Positions 9,416 through 18,339 of a stretch of 32,380 nucleotides of DNA are shown piece by piece. Location: sequence record SRR16203515_3109. The stretch is one strand, 5' to 3'. The position numbers and the translations under genes are program-made. The notes under the pieces are model-generated. The model searched no databases and had not been told where the DNA came from. It worked only from the letters and a program-made list of their open reading frames with translations. Position 1 is the first letter of the stretch. Every line of letters begins with the position of its first letter.

Positions 9416-10681
9416 TTATTTACGAAGTTGCTTAATTATCTCAAACGCTCTGTCTCTTGTATCGTTAAACTTCTCTGGCTCGGCATTAACCGCCCAATCT
9501 GAGAAAGTTACAACAGAAATACCTGAAGTCATATCACTGTATCCTACCTGTCCAAATGAGCCACTAGATTGCAAGACATTCATTTCAGGAAAGAAGTAAG
9601 TCTGTGACCCATATGTCACGCCGTCAAAAATCGTAGCTGCCAATTCATTGGTCGTGTGAATTTCTGTTTTAGATTTATCTTGGGCTGACTCATAATAACT
9701 TTTGGGTGCTTTATTCTGAGCTATCCATTGGTGAAATAACGCATAATCTCTTGCTGTATAACTAATACCGTAGCTAGGCGAAGCAGTACCTTCATTTGTC
9801 ATTGAAATTGAAGATTCGCTGTTAGCACCAAAGTCATTACCCAATTCTTTCATTAATTCAGTGTAAGGTTTCCCACTTACTTTCTCAGATATCAGCGCTA
9901 AAGTATCTGTATTTTTATCAGTATAGTTCCATACCTTTCCTGGTTCATTTACCTTCTTTGCCGTCAAAATTTCGTGTCGATGTCCTTTTGCTTTACCAGC
10001 TTTTAGCCCGATTTCTACTTCCCATTGGTAGCCAGCAGAGCCTGGCGTATGGAAATCAAGTAGACCGCTAGCGCCGCTTGTCATATCTAATACTTGTTGA
10101 ACCGTGGCGTCACCGATTGTAGTTCCTTGAAAGTCTGTCAGTATTTCACTGACTTTTTGATCTGTTGTGAGTAAACCTTGTTCAACTAATTGGTGAATGA
10201 TAACACCTGCAATAGTTTTAGACGCAGATTGCAATAAGTTGGTATCCTCAACATTAAAATCGTTGTCATAAAATTCAGCTAAAATTTCATTGTTTTTAAG
10301 AACTACAAAGCCTTTTACTTGTGTGTCATTGAAAGACTGAATGAAAGACTTACCGTCTTTAAACTCTGCAGTTAAATCGAAATTCTGGCCTTTAATATCT
10401 TTACCAGTCACTAAAGGAGCTTGGCTTTTAGCTGCTGGAACCATAGCGGTTGACGTATTTACATATTGATCCCAATTTGTACTAACTGTTTTGTAATAGG
10501 GCCACGTTTGTGCATTCTGAGGGGTGATTTCATTCGTTGTATACGGGCGGTAAAATTCTTGAACGTCAAAACCACTGCCAAAAGCTGATGGCGTGTCTGC
10601 AAAAGCTGAAGATGTAAATACAGTGGAAACGGCCAATAAGATACTTGCCAGTGTGGTTTTTCTTGAGTTCAAAGTGCTCAT
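9416..10681 (-). CDS. Exported serine hydrolase, beta-lactamase/penicillin-recognising family (NylB-like)
   Basis: Signal peptide (SAFA-DT); SxxK motif 'SASK'; 'VLDMTSG'; 'PGKVWNYTD'; 'SGSFGQ'. GGAG RBS before ATG 10681. Confidence 0.85.
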   Translation of the reverse strand: MSTLNSRKTTLASILLAVSTVFTSSAFADTPSAFGSGFDVQEFYRPYTTNEITPQNAQTWPYYKTVSTNWDQYVNTSTAMVPAAKSQAPLVTGKDIKGQNFDLTAEFKDGKSFIQSFNDTQVKGFVVLKNNEILAEFYDNDFNVEDTNLLQSASKTIAGVIIHQLVEQGLLTTDQKVSEILTDFQGTTIGDATVQQVLDMTSGASGLLDFHTPGSAGYQWEVEIGLKAGKAKGHRHEILTAKKVNEPGKVWNYTDKNTDTLALISEKVSGKPYTELMKELGNDFGANSESSISMTNEGTASPSYGISYTARDYALFHQWIAQNKAPKSYYESAQDKSKTEIHTTNELAATIFDGVTYGSQTYFFPEMNVLQSSGSFGQVGYSDMTSGISVVTFSDWAVNAEPEKFNDTRDRAFEIIKQLRK

Positions 10682-10780
10682 GTTTTTCTCCAAATTATTT
10701 ATTTAAGGGTTAACCGAAACCCTGTTTTGTTTCGATGGAGTAATATTGACATGATATTTGCGATACAATAAATTAGATTC

Positions 10781-10797
10781 TATCGATTTTGTCGATA
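10781..10797. promoter_or_regulatory. LysR-type T-N11-A operator
   Basis: Perfect dyad TATCGA-ttttg-TCGATA with T10783-N11-A10795, lying between the divergent hydrolase and LysR genes. Confidence 0.7.
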
Positions 10798-10881
10798 TAT
10801 GGAAGGAGGCTCTTTACTTATAATGGTGTCGTTTAAAATAAAGGTGTTTAATCACTTAATGAGAATATATAGAGAAATATC

Positions 10882-11769
10882 ATGATAAGTCACGACCTTT
10901 TAATAACATTTACAACAGCTGCTGAAACTGGCTCTTTTAGCGCTGCAAGTCGAGCATTAGAACGAAGACAAAGTACAGTAAGTGCAAATATTGCAAAACT
11001 GGAAGATACACTCGGCATCACTTTATTTGACCGCGTTGGAAAGTACCCTTCACTTACGGAGGCGGGTGCTCATTTATATGATAGCGCTAAGCTCGTGATT
11101 GAAAGTAACGAACGTTTTACAAATACTGCGGCGCTCCTACTTGAAGGTCATCCCGTAAATTTGTCTATCGCCATTGATAAAGATTTACCGTTCAGCGCTT
11201 TTAGTTCTTTATATAAAGCATTGAAGAAGAAATACCCTAATATGAAGGTAGAGCTGCATGCTTTAGCGGCTAAGGATATGTTCGAAAAAATCAAAGCAGG
11301 TGACATTAATGTTGCCCTTGCGCCGACAATAGAGGGCAACTCAAGTTTTTATGAATTTGAAGCAGTCGGCCATGTTGAATATAAAATTGTTTGTAATAAA
11401 ACCCATACATTTTGCAGGAAAAGAGTCGTCAGTGTTGATGACCTAACGCGCAGTACACAAGTCATTTCGCTGTCATTAAAAGAGACTTCTTTATTCGAAT
11501 CGACGAAAATATCGACAGATTGTTGGTTTGTTGATGGTAATGACGCGCTTACGTCTTCATTGACTGCAGGAGTAGGTTGGGGATATTTCCCTAATTTACC
11601 TGCAGTGCCTATTCCTGAAAAACTTGCCGTAATTAAACCTCAGTTTCAGCAGATAGATAGCTTGGTGCAGTATGATGTTATTTGGAAAAAAAATGGCGTG
11701 TTATCGCAAGCAGAACAGTTTGTTAAAGAAACTTTTAGAGAAATACTAAACGCACCTGCGAGCGTCTAG
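10882..11769 (+). CDS. LysR family transcriptional regulator
   Basis: HTH 'GSFSAASRAL...QSTVSANIAKLEDTLGITLFDR'; 295 aa; divergent from the serine hydrolase. Confidence 0.95.
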   Translation: MISHDLLITFTTAAETGSFSAASRALERRQSTVSANIAKLEDTLGITLFDRVGKYPSLTEAGAHLYDSAKLVIESNERFTNTAALLLEGHPVNLSIAIDKDLPFSAFSSLYKALKKKYPNMKVELHALAAKDMFEKIKAGDINVALAPTIEGNSSFYEFEAVGHVEYKIVCNKTHTFCRKRVVSVDDLTRSTQVISLSLKETSLFESTKISTDCWFVDGNDALTSSLTAGVGWGYFPNLPAVPIPEKLAVIKPQFQQIDSLVQYDVIWKKNGVLSQAEQFVKETFREILNAPASV

Positions 11770-11787
11770 TATTTTAAAACATTGCCA

Positions 11788-12714
11788 TTATTTTGCCGTT
11801 GCTCTGTGTCTAGATACAAGCGAGGTAATGAACAAAAACAAAATACTCCATAACCCGTTGCTACCGCCATGACCATGGCTTTCTATAATGGTGATTTGTT
11901 CTATTTCATCATATTCAGTGCTTTCTAAAGGTAAGGCGTACAAAGCGCTAGTATCTTGAGCGCTTATTGTAGCAACCACACCTTGATAACCTACCTCATA
12001 TAAATCGATTAAAACGTCGAATTCATTGCTTTCATAGCCTTGGTGCAAAGTCGTGATAACTTCGTATTCGTCATCCGTATTTTCACCGTAAATATAGAAG
12101 TCTTCAGTCGTAAAATAATGCACCCATGGGCCGCCATTTTTACTCAGATATAACTCGCCATAAACCAAGGCAGAATCTACATTAGAATAACTATATAAAT
12201 CAGCATCAAAGATAACGCTGAACTCTTGATGGTAACCGTCACCATCAACATCGCGGATCAAAAGGCTCGTGGCATCATAGATACCAAAGCTGTAATCATA
12301 ATTGCTACTAACATTGTTCCTATCAATCGAATTTAAAGTCCCCGCTTTAGCTGACTTCCCAATGTTATCTGGCTTATTAACGTCAGCAGACTTCAAGGCT
12401 TGAATGGCCTCTCGTGTTTTACCGAACTTACCTGATAGCTTTGTTGCGTCTGAATGTTTTTTATCTTCATTTTTAGTAGTGACGATTAACGGGCCTTGAT
12501 CTGCAGCGACATCGAAACCACCTTTATTTATCGCCCTGTCTCGCTTAATACCGCCAACAGAAGTGATCGGAAGCTTTTCCGCTTTAGCAAGCTGAACTTC
12601 TAGCAAGGTAGCTAGTGTTTCTTGTTCTTCTGCATGAGCACTAAATATTATGGCAAGGTAAAAAATACCTGTGGTGATCACTGCAATAGCTTTGTAATTT
12701 TTTAATGTTTTCAT
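11788..12714 (-). CDS. Choice-of-anchor H family surface protein with GlyGly-CTERM sorting signal
   Basis: Signal peptide; acidic domain 'DVDGDGYHQEFSVIFDAD...YFTTEDFYIYG...DVLIDLYE...LPLES'; C-terminal GGS + hydrophobic stretch + RHR, the rhombosortase substrate pattern. Confidence 0.8.
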   Translation of the reverse strand: MKTLKNYKAIAVITTGIFYLAIIFSAHAEEQETLATLLEVQLAKAEKLPITSVGGIKRDRAINKGGFDVAADQGPLIVTTKNEDKKHSDATKLSGKFGKTREAIQALKSADVNKPDNIGKSAKAGTLNSIDRNNVSSNYDYSFGIYDATSLLIRDVDGDGYHQEFSVIFDADLYSYSNVDSALVYGELYLSKNGGPWVHYFTTEDFYIYGENTDDEYEVITTLHQGYESNEFDVLIDLYEVGYQGVVATISAQDTSALYALPLESTEYDEIEQITIIESHGHGGSNGLWSILFLFITSLVSRHRATAK

Positions 12715-12769
12715 CGGACGATTCCTTTTGACACTTTCACTTTGATGAATCGATTTAAACGCAATGAAA

Positions 12770-12785
12770 CTGAACAGATGCTGAA
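12770..12785 (-). promoter_or_regulatory. TTCAG-N6-TTCAG direct repeat (OmpR-family box) upstream of the GlyGly-CTERM gene
   Basis: Plus strand CTGAA-cagatg-CTGAA, oriented toward the minus-strand gene starting at 12714. Confidence 0.7.
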
Positions 12786-12938
12786 CGCATATTTATTCAG
12801 TCTTTTTTATGTAGAGGGGGGACGCTCAGTGTGTTTAGGTTTGAGTTGCTAGATTCAATTTTTTAGATTCAAGGTTTCGCGGTTTTACATATAGGAACTT
12901 CAACGAGGGTAAGTTCATCTTGTGAAGATGTTTCCCCA

Positions 12939-12971
12939 TTCAGCTAATATTCAGGAACAGGGAATTAATAT
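12939..12971 (+). promoter_or_regulatory. TTCAG-N6-TTCAG box plus -10 (TAATAT) of the PepSY-TCS operon
   Basis: TTCAG-ctaata-TTCAG at 12939-12954, then 11 nt, then TAATAT at 12966-12971. Confidence 0.72.
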
Positions 12972-13074
12972 TTAGTCAGAACAAGCGGTGAGGTAAATTT
13001 GCCATTTATTTAGCACAGTCGATATCTTACACTGAAGCAATAATAACTAAGCGCTGTTTTTCCAAGGTTACTTT

Positions 13075-13350
13075 ATGAAACTTAATGTTTTTTCTTTTAT
13101 CTTTATTTTGTTGATGGTTGTAGGTAGCTCTATACCACTTAGCCAAGCCTATGGTGCTGGCTATAAATCATCGGCGATGGTGGTTAAAAGTTCACATCAG
13201 GCAGCACAAATGGTCAAAGGACGATTTGGCGGTAAGGTGCTTAAGGTGAGTAAGTTAAAAGGAAAAGCAGGATATCGCGTGAAATTATTGAAAGACAATG
13301 GGCATGTTGTTCAAGTTTCAGTAGATGCATCGACAGGTAAAATGAGATAA
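13075..13350 (+). CDS. Small exported PepSY domain protein
   Basis: Signal peptide; 'QAAQMVKGRFGGKVLKV...YRVKLLKDNGHVVQVSVDASTG' PepSY pattern. Confidence 0.85.
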   Translation: MKLNVFSFIFILLMVVGSSIPLSQAYGAGYKSSAMVVKSSHQAAQMVKGRFGGKVLKVSKLKGKAGYRVKLLKDNGHVVQVSVDASTGKMR

Positions 13351-13353
13351 CGG

Positions 13354-14043
13354 ATGCGTATTTTATTGGTGGAAGACGATTTAGCTCTGCAATCGAACTT
13401 GCAAGAAAGCTTAACTCAAGCGAATTACTTAGTCGACGCAGTGAGTGATGGAGAAGAAGGGCTCTTTCAAGGGAAAGAATATCCTTATGATGCAGCAATT
13501 ATTGATATTGGATTGCCGAAAATAGACGGTATTAAATTGATTCAGACGTTAAGAAGTGACGGGATCAGTTTTCCTATCATTGTTTTGACCGCACGAGATA
13601 GTTGGCAAGATAAAGTCGCGGGTCTTGATGCTGGCGCCGATGATTACTTAACAAAACCATTCCAATCAGAAGAGCTTCTGGCACGCCTAAATGCGCTAAT
13701 AAGACGTTCGGCAGGCCAAGCTAGCCCTGTTATTAGCAATGGCGCATTGTCTATCAATACGCAAAGCTTGGAAGTTAGTGTTGATGGCATTCTTATTAAC
13801 CTCAGTAGCAGTGAATATCGTTTGCTAGAGTATTTGATGATGCACCTAGGAAAAGTTAAATCTAAAAGTGAACTCACTGAGCATATTTACGACCAAGATT
13901 TTGATCTGGATTCTAATGTGATTGAAGTATTTATCAGGCGCTTACGAAAGAAGCTTGATCCAGAAGCCACTTTCGGATTTATCGAGACTCATAGAGGTTT
14001 GGGTTACCAACTAAAAGACTTCAGCAATAATGATACAAAATAG
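13354..14043 (+). CDS. OmpR/PhoP-family response regulator (PhoP/CarR/BqsR-like)
   Basis: 'MRILLVEDD', 'IIDIGLP', 'LTARDSWQDKVAGLDAGADDYLTKPF' and 'DSNVIEVFIRRLRKKL'. Confidence 0.95.
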   Translation: MRILLVEDDLALQSNLQESLTQANYLVDAVSDGEEGLFQGKEYPYDAAIIDIGLPKIDGIKLIQTLRSDGISFPIIVLTARDSWQDKVAGLDAGADDYLTKPFQSEELLARLNALIRRSAGQASPVISNGALSINTQSLEVSVDGILINLSSSEYRLLEYLMMHLGKVKSKSELTEHIYDQDFDLDSNVIEVFIRRLRKKLDPEATFGFIETHRGLGYQLKDFSNNDTK

Positions 14044-14082
14044 CGTTTCTGCTTATCCTCTTCCGTTCAATTGGCTTTCAGC

Positions 14083-15501
14083 ATGAAACCTATTTGGCGA
14101 TTTTTTACCTATAACTCGTTAAAAGCCCGGTTGATTATCAGCTCTATGCTGATGATTATCATTGTTCTCCCTGTCATCGGTTTTACTATCAGTGCAGGTT
14201 TTGAACGCAAACTCATCAATTCAATCGAAAATGAACTGAGCGCTCACGCCTTTACCATTTTGTCAGTAGCAGAGGTTGAAGACGGGCAATTATTCATGCC
14301 AGACCAATTAATGGTTAACCAACTTAATGTCAGTCAATCGGGATTATATGCGCTGATCACGGAAATACAGAAAGGTCATCAGTCTGTCGTTGGTAAAACG
14401 TTATGGACTAGTAATTCGCTACTTGGTTTGGATCAGCTAGTCATTAGCAGCGCGCCATTTGTCGGAGAAACACTTTTTTCTGAGCAAAAGTTCAACACAG
14501 AAAAGCACTTTATTTTCAGTTTAAGTGCAAGCTATAGCGACGCTTCGGCGATTGCCAGTGATGAAACTGGGCGAGTAATCGATGAAGAAAGCTTGCCCAC
14601 AACACGTCAATACCCAATTACGGTGCATGTTTTGAAAGACCGCAAAGACTTTAAGTCGGCGGTACGTGGTTTTAATCAAGAACTGACCTTATGGTTGTCG
14701 GTTTTGATGCTGCTGCTATTTTTTGTGCAATGGGCCTGGCTGTTATGGACGCTAAAACCCTTAAGGCAGTTGAAACGAGAACTTGCTGCAATTGAACAAG
14801 GCAGGGGCGAAGTTCTAGGCGAACATTATCCGAAAGAGCTAGAGAAGATCGTCAACCAACTTAATTTGTTGCTGGCGACAGAAAAGAAGCAAAGAAAACG
14901 TTACCGAAACGCGTTATCGGATTTAGCACACAGTTTGAAAACGCCTCTAGCTGTGATTCAGACTCAGCAAGATCTTTCGAATGAAAGTCAGCAGCAACTT
15001 TCAACCATCAACCAGATGGTTGAGCATCAATTGAAACGAGCACAATCAGCTGGAGAGTCTGCGTGGCATCTCGGTATAAAAGTTAAACCGATACTTACCA
15101 AATTGACAGAAAGCCTTGAAAAAATCTATCGAAACAAGTCCATTTTACTCTCTGTAGAATGCGATGAATCGGCGGTTTTCAAAGGAGATGAAGCCGATTT
15201 AATGGAAATGCTCGGCAATTTATTAGACAACGCTCACAAGGCAGCAAAAGGTCAGGTTGAAGTCAAAATTATTGGAAGTTCGGGCCTTTCTATTGATATT
15301 AGCGATGATGGAAAAGGTTTAGCCCAAAATCAAATTAAAGAAATTCTTCAACGTGGTCACAGAGCAGACACTTATCAGCAAGGGCATGGCATCGGACTCG
15401 CGATTGTGAAAGATCTTGTAGATAGCTACCAAGGAAAGTTAAATATTACTGGAAAGTCTTCTTTAGGTGGCGCCAATTTTTCTATTAAATTCAATGGATA
15501 A
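14083..15501 (+). CDS. PhoQ/CarS-like sensor histidine kinase
   Basis: Two TM segments flanking a periplasmic domain; H-box 'DLAHSLKTPL'; N-box 'GNLLDNA'; 'DDGKG' and 'GHGIGLAIV'. Confidence 0.95.
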   Translation: MKPIWRFFTYNSLKARLIISSMLMIIIVLPVIGFTISAGFERKLINSIENELSAHAFTILSVAEVEDGQLFMPDQLMVNQLNVSQSGLYALITEIQKGHQSVVGKTLWTSNSLLGLDQLVISSAPFVGETLFSEQKFNTEKHFIFSLSASYSDASAIASDETGRVIDEESLPTTRQYPITVHVLKDRKDFKSAVRGFNQELTLWLSVLMLLLFFVQWAWLLWTLKPLRQLKRELAAIEQGRGEVLGEHYPKELEKIVNQLNLLLATEKKQRKRYRNALSDLAHSLKTPLAVIQTQQDLSNESQQQLSTINQMVEHQLKRAQSAGESAWHLGIKVKPILTKLTESLEKIYRNKSILLSVECDESAVFKGDEADLMEMLGNLLDNAHKAAKGQVEVKIIGSSGLSIDISDDGKGLAQNQIKEILQRGHRADTYQQGHGIGLAIVKDLVDSYQGKLNITGKSSLGGANFSIKFNG

Positions 15502-15529
15502 AGCAATAAATTTCTTTACGACTTATCTG

Positions 15530-15562
15530 TTCAGGTAGTGTTCAGTTTCGATCACTTAATAT
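15530..15562 (+). promoter_or_regulatory. TTCAG-N6-TTCAG box plus -10 (TAATAT) of the DUF3300 gene
   Basis: TTCAG-gtagtg-TTCAG at 15530-15545, then 11 nt, then TAATAT at 15557-15562. The geometry is identical to the site at 12939. Confidence 0.72.
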
Positions 15563-15607
15563 AAATCATCAACGCTAAAAGCTTCGTGCTTAAGGACAAG
15601 GTGATTT

Positions 15608-17035
15608 ATGAAAAATACAATTCTGCTTACGCTCGCAGGGCTAATTTTTACATTTGCTACACATGCGTATGCCATTGAAGATGACGAGCGATTTAGCCAA
15701 GGTGAATTAGCGCAGATGCTTGCGCCGATTGCTTTATATCCAGACACATTGCTAACCCATATTTTAATCGCCTCTACTTATCCATTAGAAATTGTTCAGG
15801 CACAGCGTTGGTTAGATGATAATGAAAACCCATCTGAGTCTGATTTAAATAACGCCATTACCAATAAAGAGTGGGACGCTAGTGTTAAGGCACTGCTACC
15901 TTTTCCTAAAGTAATAGCGCGTTTAAATACTGATTTAATTTGGACACAAGAGCTGGGAGATGCATTTCTTGCTGATGAAGAGCAAGTTTTGGCGTCAATT
16001 CAGCAACTGCGATTGAAAGCAAAAGAAGCTGGTACGCTGGCGCAAATGGAAAATGTATCAGTTGAATATGAAGAGAAAAATATCATTATTCAACCCATTC
16101 AAAAGGAAATTGTTTATGTGCCATATTACGATACCCGTGTTGTGTACGGTAACTGGTATTGGGCGCATTATCCGCCGGTATATTGGGTTAGACCAAGACA
16201 CTACTATGGTTCTCATTACCCGCCGTTTTACTGGCACAGTGGCGTGCACATTTCGTTTAGCTATTACTTTGGCGCATTTCATTGGCGCAATAGGCATGTG
16301 GTGGTTGTAAACCATTACAACCACCATCGATACCCTAAACGTAGAGCAATCATTTCAAGTCATGGTGCAAAACGCTGGCAGCATAAAGTATCGCATCGAA
16401 GAGGCGTCGCTTATAGGCATCAATCAGTTGCGAAAAAATATCACAGCAAACGTCCTAGCTATGCCCAAGTGAAAAAGCAACGACATATCGATAAGCAATT
16501 TAGTAAGAGTCATACCAAAAATACACGGGCAAAAAATAGAGCATATGAGGTAAAACGTGAGGCTAGTAAGCATGCGAGTATTAGTAAAAAGTTACACGCC
16601 AATAGTAGAGCGAAGAATCAAACGATAGCCAAAAATCAATTTAAATCAAACGCTAATATTTACACAAAAGCTAGCAAAGAGAAAAGAGCGGCAGTAAAAA
16701 CGGGTCGATTTAAAGATAATACTACTAGCACTAAACAACAAGCGAGCAAAAATTTGGGCTGGCCTAAGCAGCAAAAAAGCCAGCGTGATACGTATGCAAA
16801 CTACAACAAGGAAGCTAAGAAAACGATAGAGTATCGCAGTAACCAGAAATACGTCGCGAGTAACAAACGAAATAGTTATAGCCAAAAAAGTTACGAAGGT
16901 AGTAATAAAACTAGAGAGAAATCAACGGTTCAGCGCTCTCACACGAAGCAGAGAAGCTATCAGTCAAAAGGCAATAGTCAACGTTATGCGTCGACTTCAA
17001 GAACTCAGCAGGGAAGAACACGAAGCAAACACTAG
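15608..17035 (+). CDS. DUF3300 domain exported protein with His/Tyr/Trp-rich segment and basic disordered tail
   Basis: DUF3300 signatures 'ELAQMLAPIALYPDTLL', 'WDASVKAL', 'WTQELGDAFL' and 'VYVPYYD'; signal peptide. Confidence 0.9.
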   Translation: MKNTILLTLAGLIFTFATHAYAIEDDERFSQGELAQMLAPIALYPDTLLTHILIASTYPLEIVQAQRWLDDNENPSESDLNNAITNKEWDASVKALLPFPKVIARLNTDLIWTQELGDAFLADEEQVLASIQQLRLKAKEAGTLAQMENVSVEYEEKNIIIQPIQKEIVYVPYYDTRVVYGNWYWAHYPPVYWVRPRHYYGSHYPPFYWHSGVHISFSYYFGAFHWRNRHVVVVNHYNHHRYPKRRAIISSHGAKRWQHKVSHRRGVAYRHQSVAKKYHSKRPSYAQVKKQRHIDKQFSKSHTKNTRAKNRAYEVKREASKHASISKKLHANSRAKNQTIAKNQFKSNANIYTKASKEKRAAVKTGRFKDNTTSTKQQASKNLGWPKQQKSQRDTYANYNKEAKKTIEYRSNQKYVASNKRNSYSQKSYEGSNKTREKSTVQRSHTKQRSYQSKGNSQRYASTSRTQQGRTRSKH

Positions 17036-17039
17036 GCTT

Positions 17040-17120
17040 AAAAATAGGTATCTAGTAGTTTTAAGTGGTGAAAATCTGGGGAGGTTCACTTAAAACGTTG
17101 TTGCTAGGTACCTATTTTTT
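17040..17120 (+). terminator. Long imperfect hairpin / terminator between convergent DUF3300 and yajD
   Basis: AAAAATAGGTATCTAGTA+GTTTTAAGTGG pairs with TCACTTAAAAC-(gttgt bulge)-TGCTAGGTACCTATTTTT, and the element ends in a T6 tract. Confidence 0.7.
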
Positions 17121-17125
17121 CAACC

Positions 17126-17470
17126 TTATTTCTTCAGCATAGATTTAAGGTCAGCAAATGGATTATAAGTCGCGGATTCTTGGTTTGTATCTCCGGCTTT
17201 TACTTCCGTTTGATATTGCGCATGATCAGTATACTTAGCGTGTTCATTGTCGTGACAATAAATACACAATAGCTCCCAGTTACTGCCATCATTTGGGTTA
17301 TTAGTATGGTCATGATCAACATGATGAACGGTAAGCTCCATTAAGTTTGAATACTCAAACTCTCGTGCACATCGTCCACAAACCCAAGGGAATAGTTTTA
17401 AAGCGCGATCTCTATAACCTTTCTCTTGCTGTTTGTAGTTAGCGCTCGTTCCGAATCGATCTGAAGACAT
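17126..17470 (-). CDS. yajD: YajD family HNH nuclease
   Basis: 'GYRDRALKLFPWVCGRCAREF', 'LTVHHVDHDHTNNPNDGSNWELLCIYCHDNEH' and 'ATYNPFADLK'. Start placed at ATG 17470. Confidence 0.92.
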   Translation of the reverse strand: MSSDRFGTSANYKQQEKGYRDRALKLFPWVCGRCAREFEYSNLMELTVHHVDHDHTNNPNDGSNWELLCIYCHDNEHAKYTDHAQYQTEVKAGDTNQESATYNPFADLKSMLKK

Positions 17471-17586
17471 GGTTGAACTCTTTTGTTGTATTATTGTATC
17501 TACGTAAAATCTACTAGTACCCCAATGGCGAGTCAAATTACTTCACAAGTAAAATGGATCGGAGTACTAGTACTATTATTCTGAGC

Positions 17587-18207
17587 TTAGAATATCCAGT
17601 GGTATAAAACACCAAAATGGCTGCCGTCGATTGAAGGAACGTCAATCCCATCTAGGGAGTAGTTGTCTACTTTGTTTGCTTTATATTTTACTGAAACGTA
17701 TCGGACTTCGATTTTTCCCATTGAGTTATCCAATTGGTAATCTCCCGACACGATAAATCCAGCGGTGCTGTCGAACTCCGCGTCGACATCAAAGTCACTC
17801 GAATATTCAACTGCGGTATGATAGGCAACCCCTGCGCCAATACGAATACTTTCATTGATATGAAAATAAGGTATGACTTCAAACTCCAAGCGGCTAAAAG
17901 AAGCATCGCCATTGTCAGCAGAAGCATTATCAAAATGGTAAGCACCATTTAGTTTCACACTTATTGCATCTGTAACTGAGAAGTCAAAGCCGGCACCAAG
18001 TAATGCGAGTCCGCCTGCACTTATATCGACTTTATCACCGTTCTCATATTCCAATGTAGATAAGTCATCGCCACCGTAGGTCAACCCTGCATGGATAGAG
18101 AACTTGCCAATGCTGTTTTCAACATTGTTAGCTTCTTCTTTTGCATTTACACCTGTTGTTAATAAAAGGCTGCCAATAGCTAAAGGCAAAATAGATTTGT
18201 ATTTCAT
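17587..18207 (-). CDS. Outer membrane beta-barrel protein
   Basis: Signal peptide; alternating amphipathic strands; C-terminal 'YHWIF' aromatic beta-signal; AGGA RBS before ATG 18207. Confidence 0.8.
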   Translation of the reverse strand: MKYKSILPLAIGSLLLTTGVNAKEEANNVENSIGKFSIHAGLTYGGDDLSTLEYENGDKVDISAGGLALLGAGFDFSVTDAISVKLNGAYHFDNASADNGDASFSRLEFEVIPYFHINESIRIGAGVAYHTAVEYSSDFDVDAEFDSTAGFIVSGDYQLDNSMGKIEVRYVSVKYKANKVDNYSLDGIDVPSIDGSHFGVLYHWIF

Positions 18208-18315
18208 GAGTATACGTCCTAGTAAATTCTTATTATTTTTTGCGGGGGTAAGTAAATTCATATGTAACTCTAATAATTAATCAGGATTGATTTAGGAGTT
18301 ACTATGAAGTGATTT

Positions 18316-18339
18316 GCTACGGGCGTAATCGCCCGTAGC
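18316..18339. repeat. Perfect GC-rich inverted repeat
   Basis: GCTACGGGCG-taat-CGCCCGTAGC, with no U-tract on either strand. Confidence 0.7.

Noticed and set aside
9416-10681. AmpC/AmpR-like beta-lactam resistance pair
   Set aside because: The protein has SxxK but lacks YxN and KTG. The divergent LysR layout alone is not diagnostic.
17075-17082. Single TCTGGGGA matching the arm-type repeats, as the far end of the island
   Set aside because: It is a single 8-mer in a hairpin loop, and using it would place conserved yajD inside the island. I also found no duplicated att core by eye.
17126-17470. HNH nuclease as a defence, toxin or homing element
   Set aside because: It matches the conserved stand-alone YajD family, and there are no immunity, methylase or ATPase neighbours.
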